The notes beneath the pieces were generated by a model. That model worked only from the letters and a program-made list of their open reading frames with translations, was not told the origin of the DNA and did no database searches. From Eledone cirrhosa (lineage: Eukaryota), in assembly GCA_964016885.1 (NCBI GenBank), contig OZ024743.1:70928001-70992000 (forward strand): a stretch of 64,000 nt of DNA, read 5' to 3'. A program made the translations under genes and the position numbers. Below are positions 44,157-59,680 of the stretch, piece by piece. Every line of letters starts with the position of its first letter. The first letter of the stretch is position 1.

Positions 44157-44299
44157 AATAAACGAAGCTAAATTTTAAACATTTGACTTTTTATTTAACT
44201 TTATTTTACATTACTCCGGAGTAACCAAACCAACCTGCGCACTTCGTCGAGTGCTCCAGCCTGCATACTGAGGTGTTGGTATACAACCAACATGTACTC

Positions 44300-44378
<79 letters not shown>

Positions 44379-44708
44379 CTTAGTGGTTAGAGCATTGTCC
44401 TTGCAATCGAGAGGTTGTGAGTTCAATTCTCAGACAGGGTGATGTGTTGTTTCCTTGAGCAAGACACTTTATTTCACATTGCTCCAGTTTACTCAGCTGT
44501 AGAAATGAGATGATAGGGACTGGGGTGCCTATCATTCCACTGTAAAGTGGTCGTGGAGGTGCCAAGGCAAAAAAGCACCCACCACTCACTGTAAATGAGG
44601 TTGGTGTTAGGAAGGGCATCCAGCTGTAGAAATCAAGCCAGAATCAGTTCCCGTCCCACCCTTGCAAGCAGGGAAAAAGCGAACGTAAAATGAAATGAAT
44701 GAATGATG

Positions 44709-45323
44709 ATACTATAAAGTATGTCCTTAGAATCAGTTGATAAGATATATACACCATCTCCTCTCCCAATCACCATAATCAACTACACAAAAACCAATTA
44801 AACCAAGCTATAATATTAAAAGGCACCTATGAAGAAATAATAGATAAATAAATGACAGCCATCTATTCGCGATCAACAGCTATAGAATATTTGCCCAGCA
44901 TTTCAATAGCACGTGGAAATCGATTAAATATATCGTCAACCATACACAATTAGGTCTAAAATTAAAGTTAGAAGAAAAAATATATATAAACATACCAAGA
45001 TTACGTTTCTACCCATAGGGTTTAATTCGCTTTTGGAAATATCCGACCAAGGATAAATTCACGAGCTTCGAAATCATCAGGAAACAAGCTCACTTGGACG
45101 AAGATTTTTCTTAAATGATCCCTGCCAGAAACGAATTCAAAATGGCTAAGAACTGACGTGGTAGTGGTCAAGTCAGAAAGAATGTTATTGGTGCCTTATG
45201 GCGAGTGGGCTGGTTGCTAGAAAGCTCAGCCTAATATTGCCTAAATTGTATCTCAACCTTATGGGAGATTATCAAATATAAAGATTTACATATACACAAA
45301 CTAGACAAAGTCATATATATATA

Positions 45324-45354
<31 letters not shown>

Positions 45355-46004
45355 GTTTTTGGCAACCATTCACGATGTGGCTCAATGACGAATTAATTAA
45401 TTAAATAATTAACAATCAGAGCAATATACTATAAAGTATGTCCATAGAATCAGTTGATAAGATATATACACCATCTCCTCTCCCAATCAGCATAATCAAC
45501 CACGCAAAAAACCAATTAAACCAGGCTATAAGATTAAAAGGCACCTATGAAGAAATAATAGATAAATAAACGACAGCCATCTATTTGCGATCAACAGCTA
45601 TAGAATATTTACCTAGCATTTCAATAGCACGTGGAAATCGATTAAATATATCGTCAACCATACACAATTAGGTATAAAATTAAAGTTAGAAGAAAAAATG
45701 TATATAAACATACCAAGATTACGTTTCTACTCCATGGGGTTTCATTTGCTTTTGGAAATATCCGATCAAGCATAAATTCACGAGCTTCGAAATCATCAGG
45801 AAACAAGCTCACTTGGACGAAGATTTTTCTTAAATGATCCCTGCCAGAAACGAATTCAAAATGACTAAGAACTGTGATGTGGCAATGGTCAAGTCAGAAA
45901 GAATGTGATTGGTGCCTTACGGCGAGTGGGCTGGTTGCTAGAAAGCGCAGCCTAATATTGCCTAAATTGCATCTCAACCTTATGGGAGATTATCAAATAT
46001 AAAG
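44709..46004 (+). repeat. Direct duplication of a ~575-bp block (44709-45284 and 45427-46004)
   Basis: Both copies start TACTATAAAGTATGTCC and end ATCAAATATAAAGA, with high identity by eye. Confidence 0.9.
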
Positions 46005-46016
46005 AACTAGTCATAC

Positions 46017-46052
<36 letters not shown>

Positions 46053-46054
<2 letters not shown>

Positions 46055-46390
46055 CACATGGCTTAGTGGTTAGAGCATTGGCCTTGCAATCAAAAGGTTG
46101 TGAGTCCAATTCTCAGACCAGGTGATGTGTTGTTTCCTTGAGCAAGACACTTTATTTCACATTGCTCAAGTTTATTCAGCTGTAGAAATGAGATGATAGG
46201 CACTGGAGTCCATCTCATTCCACTGCAAAGTGGTCGTGGAGGTGCCATGGAAAAAAAGCACCCAGCACTCACTGCAAACGAGGTTGGTGTTAGGAAGGGC
46301 ATCCAGCTGTAGAAATCAAGCCAGAATCAGTTCCTGTCCCACCCTTGCAAGCAGGGAAAAAGCAGATGTAAAATGAAATGATGATGATGA
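46053..46390 (+). mobile_element. tRNA-derived CORE-type SINE with RTE-like 3' tail (representative copy)
   Basis: A/B-box head (TGGCTTAGTGGTTAGAGC...GAGTYCAATTCTC), then CCTTGAGCAAGACACTT...CTCAGCTGTAGAAATG resembling the MIR CORE domain, then a (GAT)n tail. Other copies at approximately 2135-2297(-), 30595-30918(-), 37247-37466(+), 39411-39721(+), 40985-41316(-), 44378-44708(+), 50490-50775(-), 53680-53795(+) and 62111-62300(+). Confidence 0.88.
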
Positions 46391-46519
46391 TATATGTATA
46401 TATATATATACACACAGTATAAGTTGAAAATGTCAGTGTCCTTCATTAGAAATGAAAGGGGTAATTTGCTTGAAACAACAATCAAGTTTAACATTTTAAA
46501 CCAAGTGTCACTGAATTAT

Positions 46520-46830
46520 ATGTGTACTTTGATACCATTGAGCTGTGATGTATGGCTGTTGTTTGAGCCTCACTTTGATACCATTGAGCTGTGGTGTGTG
46601 GGTGTTGTTTGAGTCTCACTTTGATACAATTGAGCTGTGGTGTGTGGCTGTTGTTTGAATCACATTTTGATACCATTGAGCTGTGATTGTGAGTGTTGTT
46701 TGAGTCACACTTTGATACCATTGAGCTGTGATGTGTCGCTGTTGTTTGAGTCACACTTTGAAACCATTGAGCTGTGATTGTGAGTGTTGTTTGAGTGTTG
46801 TTTGATACCATTTAGCTGTGATATATGAGT
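46520..46830. repeat. ~45-bp minisatellite just upstream of exon E
   Basis: Recurrent TTTGATACCATTGAGCTGTG...GTTGTTTGAG. Confidence 0.85.
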
Positions 46831-46962
46831 GGAAGCCTTGTTTGAGTCTTTGTGAATGTTGATTAAGTTTCACTGAGATACTATTGAGTTGTGATATATG
46901 AGTGTAACTTGAGTGTCAGTGTGGAGTGTTACTCAAGTGTTAATCCTGTCTCTCTATTTCAG

Positions 46963-47102
46963 ATGGCAATGAAGACCATACATTCAGCATTGGCCCAGAA
47001 GACGGTATGATATTTATAGCCAGGAAACTGAACTGGGAGGTAAAAAACCACTACAATTTAACCATTAAGGCTACAGATGGACACCACCAGGACTTTGCAT
47101 GG
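46963..47102 (+). CDS. Fat-like cadherin exon E (140 nt, phase 1-0), not in ORF track
   Basis: Splice sites tttcag|AT and TGG|gtaagt. Encodes DGNEDHTFSIGPEDGMIFIARKLNWEVKNHYNLTIKATDGHHQDFAW, with phases matching both neighbours. Confidence 0.93.
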
Positions 47103-48100
47103 GTAAGTAGTATGATGAAAGTGTCTGGGGGGTAATGGTACCATACCACCTTTGCTGCCTCTTGGTCTCCCTAATATGTCCAACCCCTGGGCCCGAATTA
47201 ACCTTTATGCTCAACTACGCCAGGACTTTGCATGAGTAAGTAGGCTAAAATAGGGTCTATGATGAAAAGGGTGGTAGGTAATTATTCTGTACCACCTTTG
47301 ATATCTGTTATTCCCTCTACTATATCCAGCCCCAGGGTCAAAATTAACCCCCTACACACAACTACACCTGGACTTTGCATGGGTATGTAGAGTACAGGTT
47401 GGTATCTGAGAGGGGCCCTGATTAAAGAGCTGGGGGTTGTGGTGGTGGGTGATAGTCTTGTGACCCCTCTACTCTAGCACTCCCAACTGTCTTGTCTATT
47501 GTTCTGCCTATTATGTCCAACCCTAAAGTTAGAATTAACCCCTATATTCAATTACAGCAGGATATTGCATGTGTAAGTAGGATAAAAGAAGACATTTGAA
47601 AGTGGTCTGTAATGGAGGTGGTGGTGAGTAATCATCTCAAATTACTTCCTCTCAGGGGCTTGTCTTTTATCATATCTATTATACCTAACCACAGGACCAT
47701 CACTAGTCCCCACACTAAAGACTTTGCAGGAGTAAGTAAGGTAAAACAGAATATCTGAAAGTAGTGGTGGCATGGGGCAGTGTGGACTGTTTAGTAGAAA
47801 ATGCAGTCTTAGTAATTTTTTAATGTGGCCAGAATAAGAAATGCAACTGTAAGTTGAAATTATTTTATCTTGGAAAATAGGGTAGACATTGTAGAGTTAG
47901 TGGTTGTGGTCGGGTGTTGTGCTGGTTGGAGTGACACACCCAACTTATTTCTCCTCATCCACCTTTCCCTATTATATCCTGTCCCAACTCCAGGCCCATC
48001 AGCTAGTGGTTGTGTTTGGGGGTTGTGCTGGTTGGAGTGACACACCCAACTTATTTCTCCTCACCCACCTTTCCCTATTATATCCTGTCCCAACTCCAGG
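47088..48100 (+). repeat. Degenerate tandem repeat carrying copies of the exon E 3' end and donor site
   Basis: GACTTTGCATGGGTAAGTAG variants at ~47091, 47224, 47371, 47561 and 47720, plus a 2 x ~109-bp repeat at ~47925-48100. Confidence 0.8.
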
Positions 48101-48142
48101 CACACCACTACTAACTCCTTACACTTTATATTTCTACCACAG

Positions 48143-48350
48143 CTTGAAATCAAGGTATTGGATGTCAATGACAACCCTCCAATATTCGACAAGAAGGAAT
48201 ATATAGGCCAAGTCTATGAATCTGTTGCTATAGGTAAGCAGGTTCTACAAGTGTCTGCTACTGACCAAGACAATGGCAGACTCTTCTATTCCTTGGCCTC
48301 AGCAACAAACCCTGCAAGTAAACCAAAGTTCCACATTGATTCAGAAACTG
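48143..48350 (+). CDS. Fat-like cadherin exon F (208 nt, phase 0-1)
   Basis: Splice sites ccacag|CTT and ACTG|gtcagt. Encodes [15 protein letters not shown]...[15 protein letters not shown]...KFHIDSET. Confidence 0.95.
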
Positions 48351-48430
48351 GTCAGTACACTTTTTTACTTACTTGTTGACTACTACTACTACTACTACTA
48401 CTACTCTCTCTCTCTCTCACTCTCTCTCTC

Positions 48431-48614
<184 letters not shown>

Positions 48615-48659
48615 TATATATAGATATATATATATAGATATATATATATATATATATAT

Positions 48660-48690
<31 letters not shown>

Positions 48691-48694
<4 letters not shown>

Positions 48695-49390
48695 TAAGCG
48701 GAATAGAAAATGCTGACAAATTGTTCACAGTTGAAAAATAGTTTAATTAGGAATAAAAGAGTATTAGTAATTGTATTGGTTAGTATTCAGTTGTGGTTTT
48801 AAGTTTTTACCGGTTGCGCATTTCTAAATGCTTTTCAAAAATAATTTTGAGATAGAGCGTCCGTGTTGTTTGCTCTGATCTGATTAGTTTTGGGAATTCT
48901 ACCTGTTTTTATGTTAAAAAAGTGGCTCCAGCGCTACTTGAATGATTTTGGGCGGCACAGGTATCAATGTGTTCACTCAGTGGTATTTTCCTGTATTCCC
49001 GTATTTTAATTTGGGATCTATGGACAGTCATGCGTTGGCGGAGGCTGTTTTTGGTCTGGCCTATGTATTGTTCTCGACAACCTGAGGAAGTTAATACATA
49101 TATTAGATTTTCCGATGCACATGTGAAATTGTGTTTTACTATAAAACGTTGTCCTTCTTTGAAATAGAATTCCGAACCCTCTATTAGGTTGATGCAAATG
49201 CCACAGTTGGGTCTATCGCATTTTTTTACTGTGGGTTTCGTTGTTGTGGTTGGCAGTACTTTGGCATGTGTTAGGATGTTTTTCATTGACTTGGATTGTC
49301 TTTTGCTCTTTATGATATCGTGTGTTCGTAGGATTTGGTTCATTCTATGGTCCCTTTTCAACACAGGGATGTTCTGGAGGATGGTGTCTT
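48691..49390 (-). mobile_element. Penelope-like element fragment: GIY-YIG endonuclease plus pLTR-like 3' region
   Basis: ORF 48909-49364 has C..C..C, F.C.S.NLIY.L, YIGQT...LRQRM..HRS and LSEH, typical of PLE GIY-YIG domains. Confidence 0.88.
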
Positions 49391-49614
49391 ACAGACACAT
49401 TCCTACTGACCATCCCGCTACCACGAATTACTCTGCTATATACACACACACACACACACACATACTTATCTTAATAGCCATTTGAACTGACAACAGGCTG
49501 CGGTTCGCACACACATCCCTGCTAACCATTATCACAACATCGAACACTTTACTACTACTACTACACACACACACACACACACAAACACATATTTGTTGTG
49601 AAAGAGTCATTTCT

Positions 49615-50117
49615 CAGTCTTGGCGCAAAATCAATTTTTTACATTCACATGACCTCTACCGACCAATCAAAATTGTTTTGACCACAAGAATTTTTGCAAC
49701 ACCAAGTAGCGCTGGAGCCACTTTTTTAACATAAAAACAGTCTTGGCGCAAAATCAATTTTCTACATTCACATGACCTCCACCGACCAATCAAAATTGTT
49801 TTGACCACAAGAATTTTTGCAACACCAAGTAGCGCTGGAGCCACTTTTTTAACATAAAAACAGGTAGAATTCCCCAAACTAATCAGATCAGAGCAAACAA
49901 GACGGACGCTCTATCTCAAAATTATTTTTGAAAAGCATTTAGAAATGCGCAACCGGTAAAAACTTAAAACCACAACTGAATACTAACCAATACAATTACT
50001 AATACTCTTTTATTCCTAATTAAACTATTTTTCAACTGTGAACAATTTGTCAGCATTTTCTATTCCGTTTACCAATCTATAATAACTTGTGTGTTACACC
50101 TCTATTCTTTTTAACTA
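49615..50117 (+). mobile_element. Inverted pLTR-like copy of the Penelope element, with a partial tandem duplication
   Basis: 49826-50076 is the reverse complement of 48691-48940. 49617-49740 is repeated at 49739-49862. A short tail is followed by (TA)n. Confidence 0.85.
49925..49961 (+). ncRNA. Hammerhead-like motif in the Penelope pLTR (also 48806-48842 minus and 14586-14622 minus)
   Basis: ttt TTGAAAA GCATTT ag AAATGC GCAA CCGG TA aaa. U3-A8 core, with GCAA instead of GAAA in all three copies. Confidence 0.5.
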
Positions 50118-50150
50118 TATATATATATATATTTAACTATATATATATAT

Positions 50151-50429
50151 TAAGACAGGGGGGAAGAAAAAATAGCTTCACTTGTGCTTTCAACAAATTT
50201 ATTTTCTTCACAAAATCCCAAAAGAATTTTTTTCCGGATTAGAAAAAATTTTTTTCTTAAAAAAAATTATTTTATAAATTAAGTTATTTTATAAATTAAC
50301 TTAATTTATAAAATAATTTTTTTTAAGAAAAAAATTTTTTCTAATCCGGAAAAAAATTTTTTTGGGATTTTGTGTAGAAAATAAATTTGTTGAAAGCACA
50401 AGTGAAGCCATTTTTTCTTCCCCCCTGTC

Positions 50430-50432
<3 letters not shown>
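50151..50432. mobile_element. Palindromic MITE-like element in (TA)n
   Basis: Arms of about 135 bp with ends TAAGACAGG/CCTGTCTTA. A short relative with the same ends lies at ~40289-40358. Confidence 0.75.
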
Positions 50433-50474
<42 letters not shown>

Positions 50475-50779
50475 TTCACAGACATAAAGCATCATCATCA
50501 TCATTTTACGTCTGCTTTTCTCTGCTTGCAAGGGTGGGACGGGAACTGATTCTGGCTTGATTTCTACAGCTGGATGCCCTTCCTAACACCAACCTCATTT
50601 ACAGTGAGTGCTGGGTGCTTTTTTGCCGTGGCACCTTCACGACCACTTTGCATTGGAATGATAGGGACCCCAGTCCTATCATCTTATTTCTAGAGCTGAG
50701 TAAACTGGTCTGAGAATTGAACTCACAACCTTTTGATAACAAGGCCAATGCTCTAACCAGTAAGCCATGTGCCTCCAAG

Positions 50780-53678
<2,899 letters not shown>

Positions 53679-54034
53679 AAGGCGTGTGGCTGAGTGGTTA
53701 GAGAATTGGATTCGCAATCGTAAGGTTGTGAGTTCGATTCCTGGACAGGGCGATGCGTTATGTCCTTGAGCAAGACACTTTATTTCACGTTATTCCTTCT
53801 ACCTGGAGTTGCGACCAATAGATAGTATTAGCAATTTGAAAGACCAACGGAAACATTGTTTCGTCGGTCCGATTTGACGAAAGTTGATCGTTCAATATAT
53901 ATATATATATAAAATTTGATATAAATATTAGAAATGGCTTCTACAGGACTAGAACTGTTTCATTCAAAACCCAAACTGATCAATATAGAAACAATTGGAA
54001 TATGAAATAAAGTTTCACAAAAAGTTGCAATTCT

Positions 54035-54102
<68 letters not shown>

Positions 54103-54207
54103 GTGTGTGTGTGTGTGTATGTAAAAGGTAAACAGTAATAACAACACAATCGGTACAGTATATGGAAAGGATATATTAGGTTAACGCTTGATATAGCAGG
54201 AAGAGGG

Positions 54208-54243
54208 TCTTAACGTTTCGGACGCTAGTCCTTCATCAGAAGA
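54208..54243 (-). ncRNA. Minimal Penelope-type hammerhead motif
   Basis: Minus strand reads tctt CTGATGA A GGAC tagc GTCC GAAA CG TT aaga, with an ACGT palindromic stem III. Confidence 0.78.
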
Positions 54244-54603
54244 AAGAATGAGAAATAAAATAGATTGAGGGGACGGGCGGGATGGAATTAGAAAAAATGT
54301 CTTTAGATAAAAATAATAGGTCCATTCATGTTGACATCTCTTGCAAAACTGTTAGTGCTGGTGTTTTGTGTATATATATATGTCAAAATAACAGATTAAA
54401 GTTTAAGCAAAGAATCGCTGCTTTCACCCTTAACATTAAGTGTGACACCAGCGATTCTTTGCTTAAACTGTTATTTTAATAAATATTTGCACTATGGTTC
54501 TTATGTATATTTATCCTTATCGAGCCCTCTTTGGATTTTAGTCTTCACGTTTATTATTATTACTATGTATATACATATAGTTCAATAATTCTCTTGTTTA
54601 TAG

Positions 54604-54879
54604 GTGTAATACGAGTGAAGGAGAAGCTGGATCGAGAGGTTTTGGCTCGGCATGAGTTGGTAGTGATGGTGAAAGACCAGGGTTTACGTTCCAAACGTAA
54701 CATGTGCCGAGCTATTATCATGGTACTTGACAACAATGATCACAGTCCTGAGTTTTTGTCTGACATATTTGAGGGCCGAGTGTTTGAGACGGCAGCTATA
54801 GGCACTTCCGTTCTCCAGGTCGTAGCTGCTGACCAGGACAAAGGAATTAACGCTGAGATACGCTACAGTATTCTATCAG
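54604..54879 (+). CDS. Fat-like cadherin exon G (276 nt, phase 1-1)
   Basis: Splice sites ttatag|GT and TCAG|gtaaca. Encodes GVIRVKEKLDREVLARHELVVMVKDQG...LDNNDHSPEF...FETAAIGTSVLQV. Confidence 0.95.
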
Positions 54880-55248
54880 GTAACATTTTGTTGTTGTAAT
54901 TGTTGTTTGTGTAGTGTCACTGTTTTTTTTTTTCTATAAAATATAATAGAGTTATTCCCCTTGTCTTTATAACTAGTCAATGTTGACTGATATAGAAATC
55001 AGTAGCGTATACCATCACTACAAAATTATATAAATCTCAGAGAACAGTATTTGGTGTACAAATCCCCACCACGAGTAATAGAGTTATTCCCCTTGCTTTT
55101 ATAAGTAGATAGTTGATTATTCATGTTTACCAGATGAGAAAACAGTACAGCTCCCATGACTTTCGGAAACCACCTCTCAATTCTCTAACACAATTTATAG
55201 CACATATTCTATTATCATTTATCCATCATTGTCGTATATTTTAAAAAT

Positions 55249-55626
55249 ATACTCTAAGTCTCGAATAATTGCCCCCCCCCCCCCCCCACCCCCCACCCGG
55301 TTATTAATTTTTCGAATTTTTTCTAACTCCCTCACTTATAATCTCTCTCCAGCAAAATTATATTTTAAGTAGTAGCATTCCTGTGACAATTTTCTTTATG
55401 CAATAAAAAACATTCTATATGACAAAAAAGTACATTACTAGAAATCCCATTTGTTATAAAATAAGTAGGATGGGTTGGAGTCTCAATATGTAAACTTAAA
55501 CGACTAATTCTGATTTTTTAAATAATCAACAGAGACAACCAAGAAAAATTATCGCCCCCCCCCCCCCCCCCTACACACACACTTATTCCAAACTCCCTCC
55601 CACCTATTATTTGGAACCCGAAAGTA
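55249..55626. mobile_element. Possible Tc1/mariner-like MITE
   Basis: Imperfect TIRs TACTCTAAGTCTCGAATAAT / ATTATTTGGAACCCGAAAGTA with TA ends. The right end recurs at 59840-59861. Confidence 0.45.
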
Positions 55627-55679
55627 TATTTTGTGTTGTCATGTATTTTAAATATTTCTTGTTTATGTTTATTATATAG

Positions 55680-57175
55680 GAAATACAGGAGGTGCTTTTG
55701 CCATTGATGATACAATGGGAACTATTACCGTAGCAAAACAGTTGGACCGAGAGGGGCAGTCTGATTACGTGCTGTCTGTGTTGGCCACTGACTATGGTTC
55801 TCCACAGCTCAGCAGTACTGGCACTGTCCACATAACAGTGACTATCTCTAATAATGCACCACCAAAGTTCCCTCACAGAGAGTATGTAAAGGAGATCCCC
55901 GAGAATGAACCTCCTGGAGTGATTGTTTCAACAGTGGTCGCCGACAGTAGGTCATCTGTCGTGTATACAATCACTAACGGAGATCCAAAAGAAATGTTTC
56001 GGATCAATCCCAACTCTGGAGTTTTATCAACCAACAAAGTGTGTGACTATGAGGAACAAATCTTTTATAACCTTACAGTAACTGCCATGAACATTATTGG
56101 CCGATCAACAAGCTGCTCAGTTCTCATCCACATCATTGACAAGAATGACAACAACCCAGTTTTTGAGAAAGACCTCCATCATGGATTTATAATCGAGCAA
56201 GCATCAGTTGGGTCTATTGTTCTCAATGAAGACAGGTTTCCTCTTGTCATCAAAGCAACTGATGCCGATAGTGGCATGAACTCTCTTCTAAAGTATAAAA
56301 TTGTTGAAAACAAAATACAGTCTGTTTTCTCAGTTGACAGTAACACTGGAGCCATTCGGACGGCAAGCTTACTTGATCATGAGCTGTTGGCTAACTATGA
56401 ATTCACAGTGCGTGCTTATGACCTTGGCAGACCTCACCTTCTTGCCTTGGAATCATCACGAGTTAAAATCCATGTCCTTGATACAAATGACTCCCCTCCT
56501 AAATTCTCACAGGATACCTACAATGTTTCTCTACTGCTACCAACATTTAGAGAAGTCGCCGTTCTTGTGCTGAATGCCACTGACCCTGACACTGAAGTTG
56601 CCAGTAAATTGTCGTACAAGATAGAACATGGTAATGAGGATGGCACATTTGAACTGGAGCCAGACACTGGAGTACTGTATGTCACCAATGACACAAACAT
56701 TGGCAGTGTGTACAACATTGCTGTAGCTGTCACTGATGGAGTATTTGAGACATTAGCTGAGATCTTCATTACAGTCCTACGAAGCAACGAAACCAGCTTA
56801 GTGTTTACAAAGAATGATTACCAGGTGGAAGTGGTGGAAAATGTTGCAACAAATCAGTCTTTATCGGTGCTACAATTAACTGGACTGATTCTCAATCAAC
56901 ATGTCACCTTCAGATTGTTAAACCCCAATGGAATGTTTACAATTGGAACCACTTCAGGTGTACTACACACAGTTGGTAAACCTTTTGACCGGGAGAAGAG
57001 ATCAAGCTACAGATTAGTGGTCGAAGCACGAGATTCTCAACAGGAACCGAGATATGCTCGAGCCATAGTCCACATAGAAATCACAGACCAGAATGACAAC
57101 TCCCCTATCTTTGTTAACCAACCATACAACTCAGTGATTTCAGTTGAGTCAAAGAAAGGAGACCTCATTAAGCAG
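55680..57175 (+). CDS. Fat-like cadherin exon H (1496 nt, phase 1-0), about 5 cadherin repeats
   Basis: Splice sites atatag|GA and CAG|gttagt. Multiple DRE/DYE, DxNDN and A.DxD motifs, plus GKPFDRE, which is typical of FAT1-type proteins. Confidence 0.96.
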
Positions 57176-58221
57176 GTTAGTCAGCTCTTTGTCTAATTTA
57201 GAAAAATGTTCCATGTTGCCAAATCAACTTTTTTTTTCCTCTGCTAACAATTCTTTTGGAACATTTTTACCATCTAAAAAAAATTCATGTTTCATTAACC
57301 CTTTCATTGCCACATTTCTAACAAAGACATTCTATTGTTTTCAAATAACTTTGAAAATAATAAAGAATTTGGAAGGATTTGATATAAGTAACTTTCTACT
57401 TAAGAAGCTGGTGTTTGGAACAAAAAGATTTTACATAAAATTATGATGGAATGTTTTTAGATAAATATATACACTTTAAAACAAACACAATTGTATCATA
57501 GAACCATGGGCGATTCCATCATCATCATCATCATCGTTTAACGTCTATCTTCCACGCTAGCATCGGGTTAGATGGTAGTCTGGTATAAAAAGGGTTAAGA
57601 ACCGTTCTTCTTTTGAGGTATTGCTTTGGAACCATTTTTTTCATCTATTTTATTTGTTAATAGTGTTTGTACAAAGTGAACCAGAGCAAGTTCTGGGCAT
57701 AGTATTTCTTCTAAGCATCAGTTAAATGAACATTATGTATCTTATATGCATATGTATATTTGTATATGAGCATCTATTTCTTCACATGTTTAGATGTATA
57801 TGTCATAAAATAAACAAAATCCTTATATATATATAAACATATATATATATACACATATATACATGCACACATGATAATGATTGTATATAAAAGGTTATGA
57901 TTGTTTTAGGAAAGCTGGTACAATGCAAATTAGAAATACAAAACTGAAAACTAGAGTAGTCTGAAAAACAAAACAAACAAAAAAAATGTACACTTTTCGT
58001 AAATATTTCCAGTTGGTTGGTTCGATAACTGGAAGGTTGGTTATGGCTTGTCAAAGTTCTTCCGTCACACATTCTGTGACCTCCTCAGTGACTAGGTTTT
58101 TATTTTGTGTCCCTCCTTTGTTCTGTCCTACACCATTTTGTTTTTGTGTATTGTGTGTATATATGTATATATGTATACATATATATATACACACACATGC
58201 ATTATATATATATATATATAT

Positions 58222-58595
58222 ATCATCATCATCATTTAACGTCTATCTTCCATGCTAGCTTGGGTTAGACGGGAATTGTCCACTCGAGGCAAGATTGGTC
58301 GGGTGACCGTGTCTCGCTCGTATAGGACTATCTGGCAGGTTTTCTATGGCTGGATGCCCTTCCTAACACCAATCACATTTACGGTGTGGACTGGGAACTT
58401 TCTACTGTGTTACCTACGTGACCACAATACAGTGTGGACTGTGGGTTTTTTTGTCGTGACACCTACACGATCTCGATCTCATTATCTCATTAATTTGGAC
58501 TGGATGTTGTGGTACCAACTTTACAGAGAAAGGGTGGTGTTGGTGGGAGTGGGGGGATGGACTAGGGGTAGTGGGTTAGGGTGTATATTTGGTTT
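58222..58595 (-). mobile_element. RTE 3' UTR fragment (similar shorter ones at 5153-5355 plus and 62657-62783 minus)
   Basis: Matches 17140-17475. Confidence 0.8.
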
Positions 58596-58697
58596 TATAT
58601 ATATAACATGTATGTGAATATGTCAATAGTTAGATACAGCAGCAGTAGTAGTATTGTAACAGTTGTGACTAACTAGCGATGTTACCTTCTTTAATAG

Positions 58698-58875
58698 GTG
58701 TCAGCAGTAGATAAAGATATTGGTAGAAACAAAGAACTGTCTTTCAGAATCGTTGCTGGGAACAACCAAAGTCTTTTCTCCATCAATAACATCACAGGAC
58801 ATATCAGAGTCAAGAAAATCTTGAAAGATTTTGAAAATCAAGAATTCCTTCTGATAGTTGAGGCAACAGATAATG
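58698..58875 (+). CDS. Fat-like cadherin exon I (178 nt, phase 0-1)
   Basis: Splice sites taatag|GTG and AATG|gtaaat. Encodes VSAVDKDIGRNKELSFRIV...EFLLIVEATDN. Confidence 0.93.
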
Positions 58876-59458
58876 GTAAATATTATAGTGGTGTGGTGTG
58901 GTGTGTGTAGCAGTGTGGTGAGGTGGTGGTGTGGTGTGTGGCGTCATGTGGTGGTGTGGTGATGTGTGGTATCGTGTGGTGGTGTGGTGTGGTTATTGTG
59001 TGGTTGTGGTGTAGTATGTGGGTGGTGTGGTGTGGTGGTGTGTGGTATCGTGTGGTAGTGTGGTGTGGTTATTGTGTGGTGGTGGTGGTGGTGGTGTGGT
59101 GTGTGGGTCATGTGGTGGTGTGGGGTGGTGGTGTGTTTATTGTGTGGTGTCGTGTGGTGGTGTGTGTAGTAGTGTGGTGTGGTGGTGTTGTGTGTAGTAG
59201 TGTGGTGTGGTGGTGGTGGTGGTGTGTGTAGTAGTGTGGTGTGGTGATGGTGTGTTGTAATGTATGGTGGTGTGGTGGCAGTGTGTTGTAATGTGTGTGT
59301 AGTAGTGTGGTGTGGTATGGTATGATGGTGGTGGTGGTTGTGTGTAGTGTGTAGTGAAGTTATTAGTGTTTTTATTGTTATAGGTGGTGGTAGTGGTCGC
59401 CGTGGTGTTGTTGGCAATTATGCTCATCTTGTAATTCCTTTCCATATCTTTATTCCAG

Positions 59459-59680
59459 GTGAGGTCCAACAGATTTCCCGTACCAAAGTCCCTATCAAAA
59501 TTATAACTAAAGCGACCCCATTGTTTGACAAACAATTCTATAACATCAGTGTTCTAGAGAATATAGAAATTCACTCTCCAATTCTCAGTCTTCAAGCTGT
59601 TAGTCCTAATGGCCAAAAATTGGTCTATTCGATCACAGGGGGAGATGTCTTCCATGAATTTACCGTAGACTTCAACACAG
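59459..59680 (+). CDS. Fat-like cadherin exon J (222 nt, phase 1-1)
   Basis: Splice sites ttccag|GT and ACAG|gtgagg. Encodes GEVQQISRTKVPIKIITKATPLFDKQFYNISVLENIEIHSPILSLQAVSPNGQKLVYSITGGD...FTVDFNT. Confidence 0.94.

Noticed and set aside
45061-45090. Minus-strand CTGATGA in the 575-bp duplication
   Set aside because: There is no GAAA at a suitable distance and no stems.
46053-46125. tRNA genes at SINE heads (also a tRNA-like patch at 3661-3720 minus)
   Set aside because: A/B boxes are present but there is no complete cloverleaf, and the sequences continue into SINE bodies.
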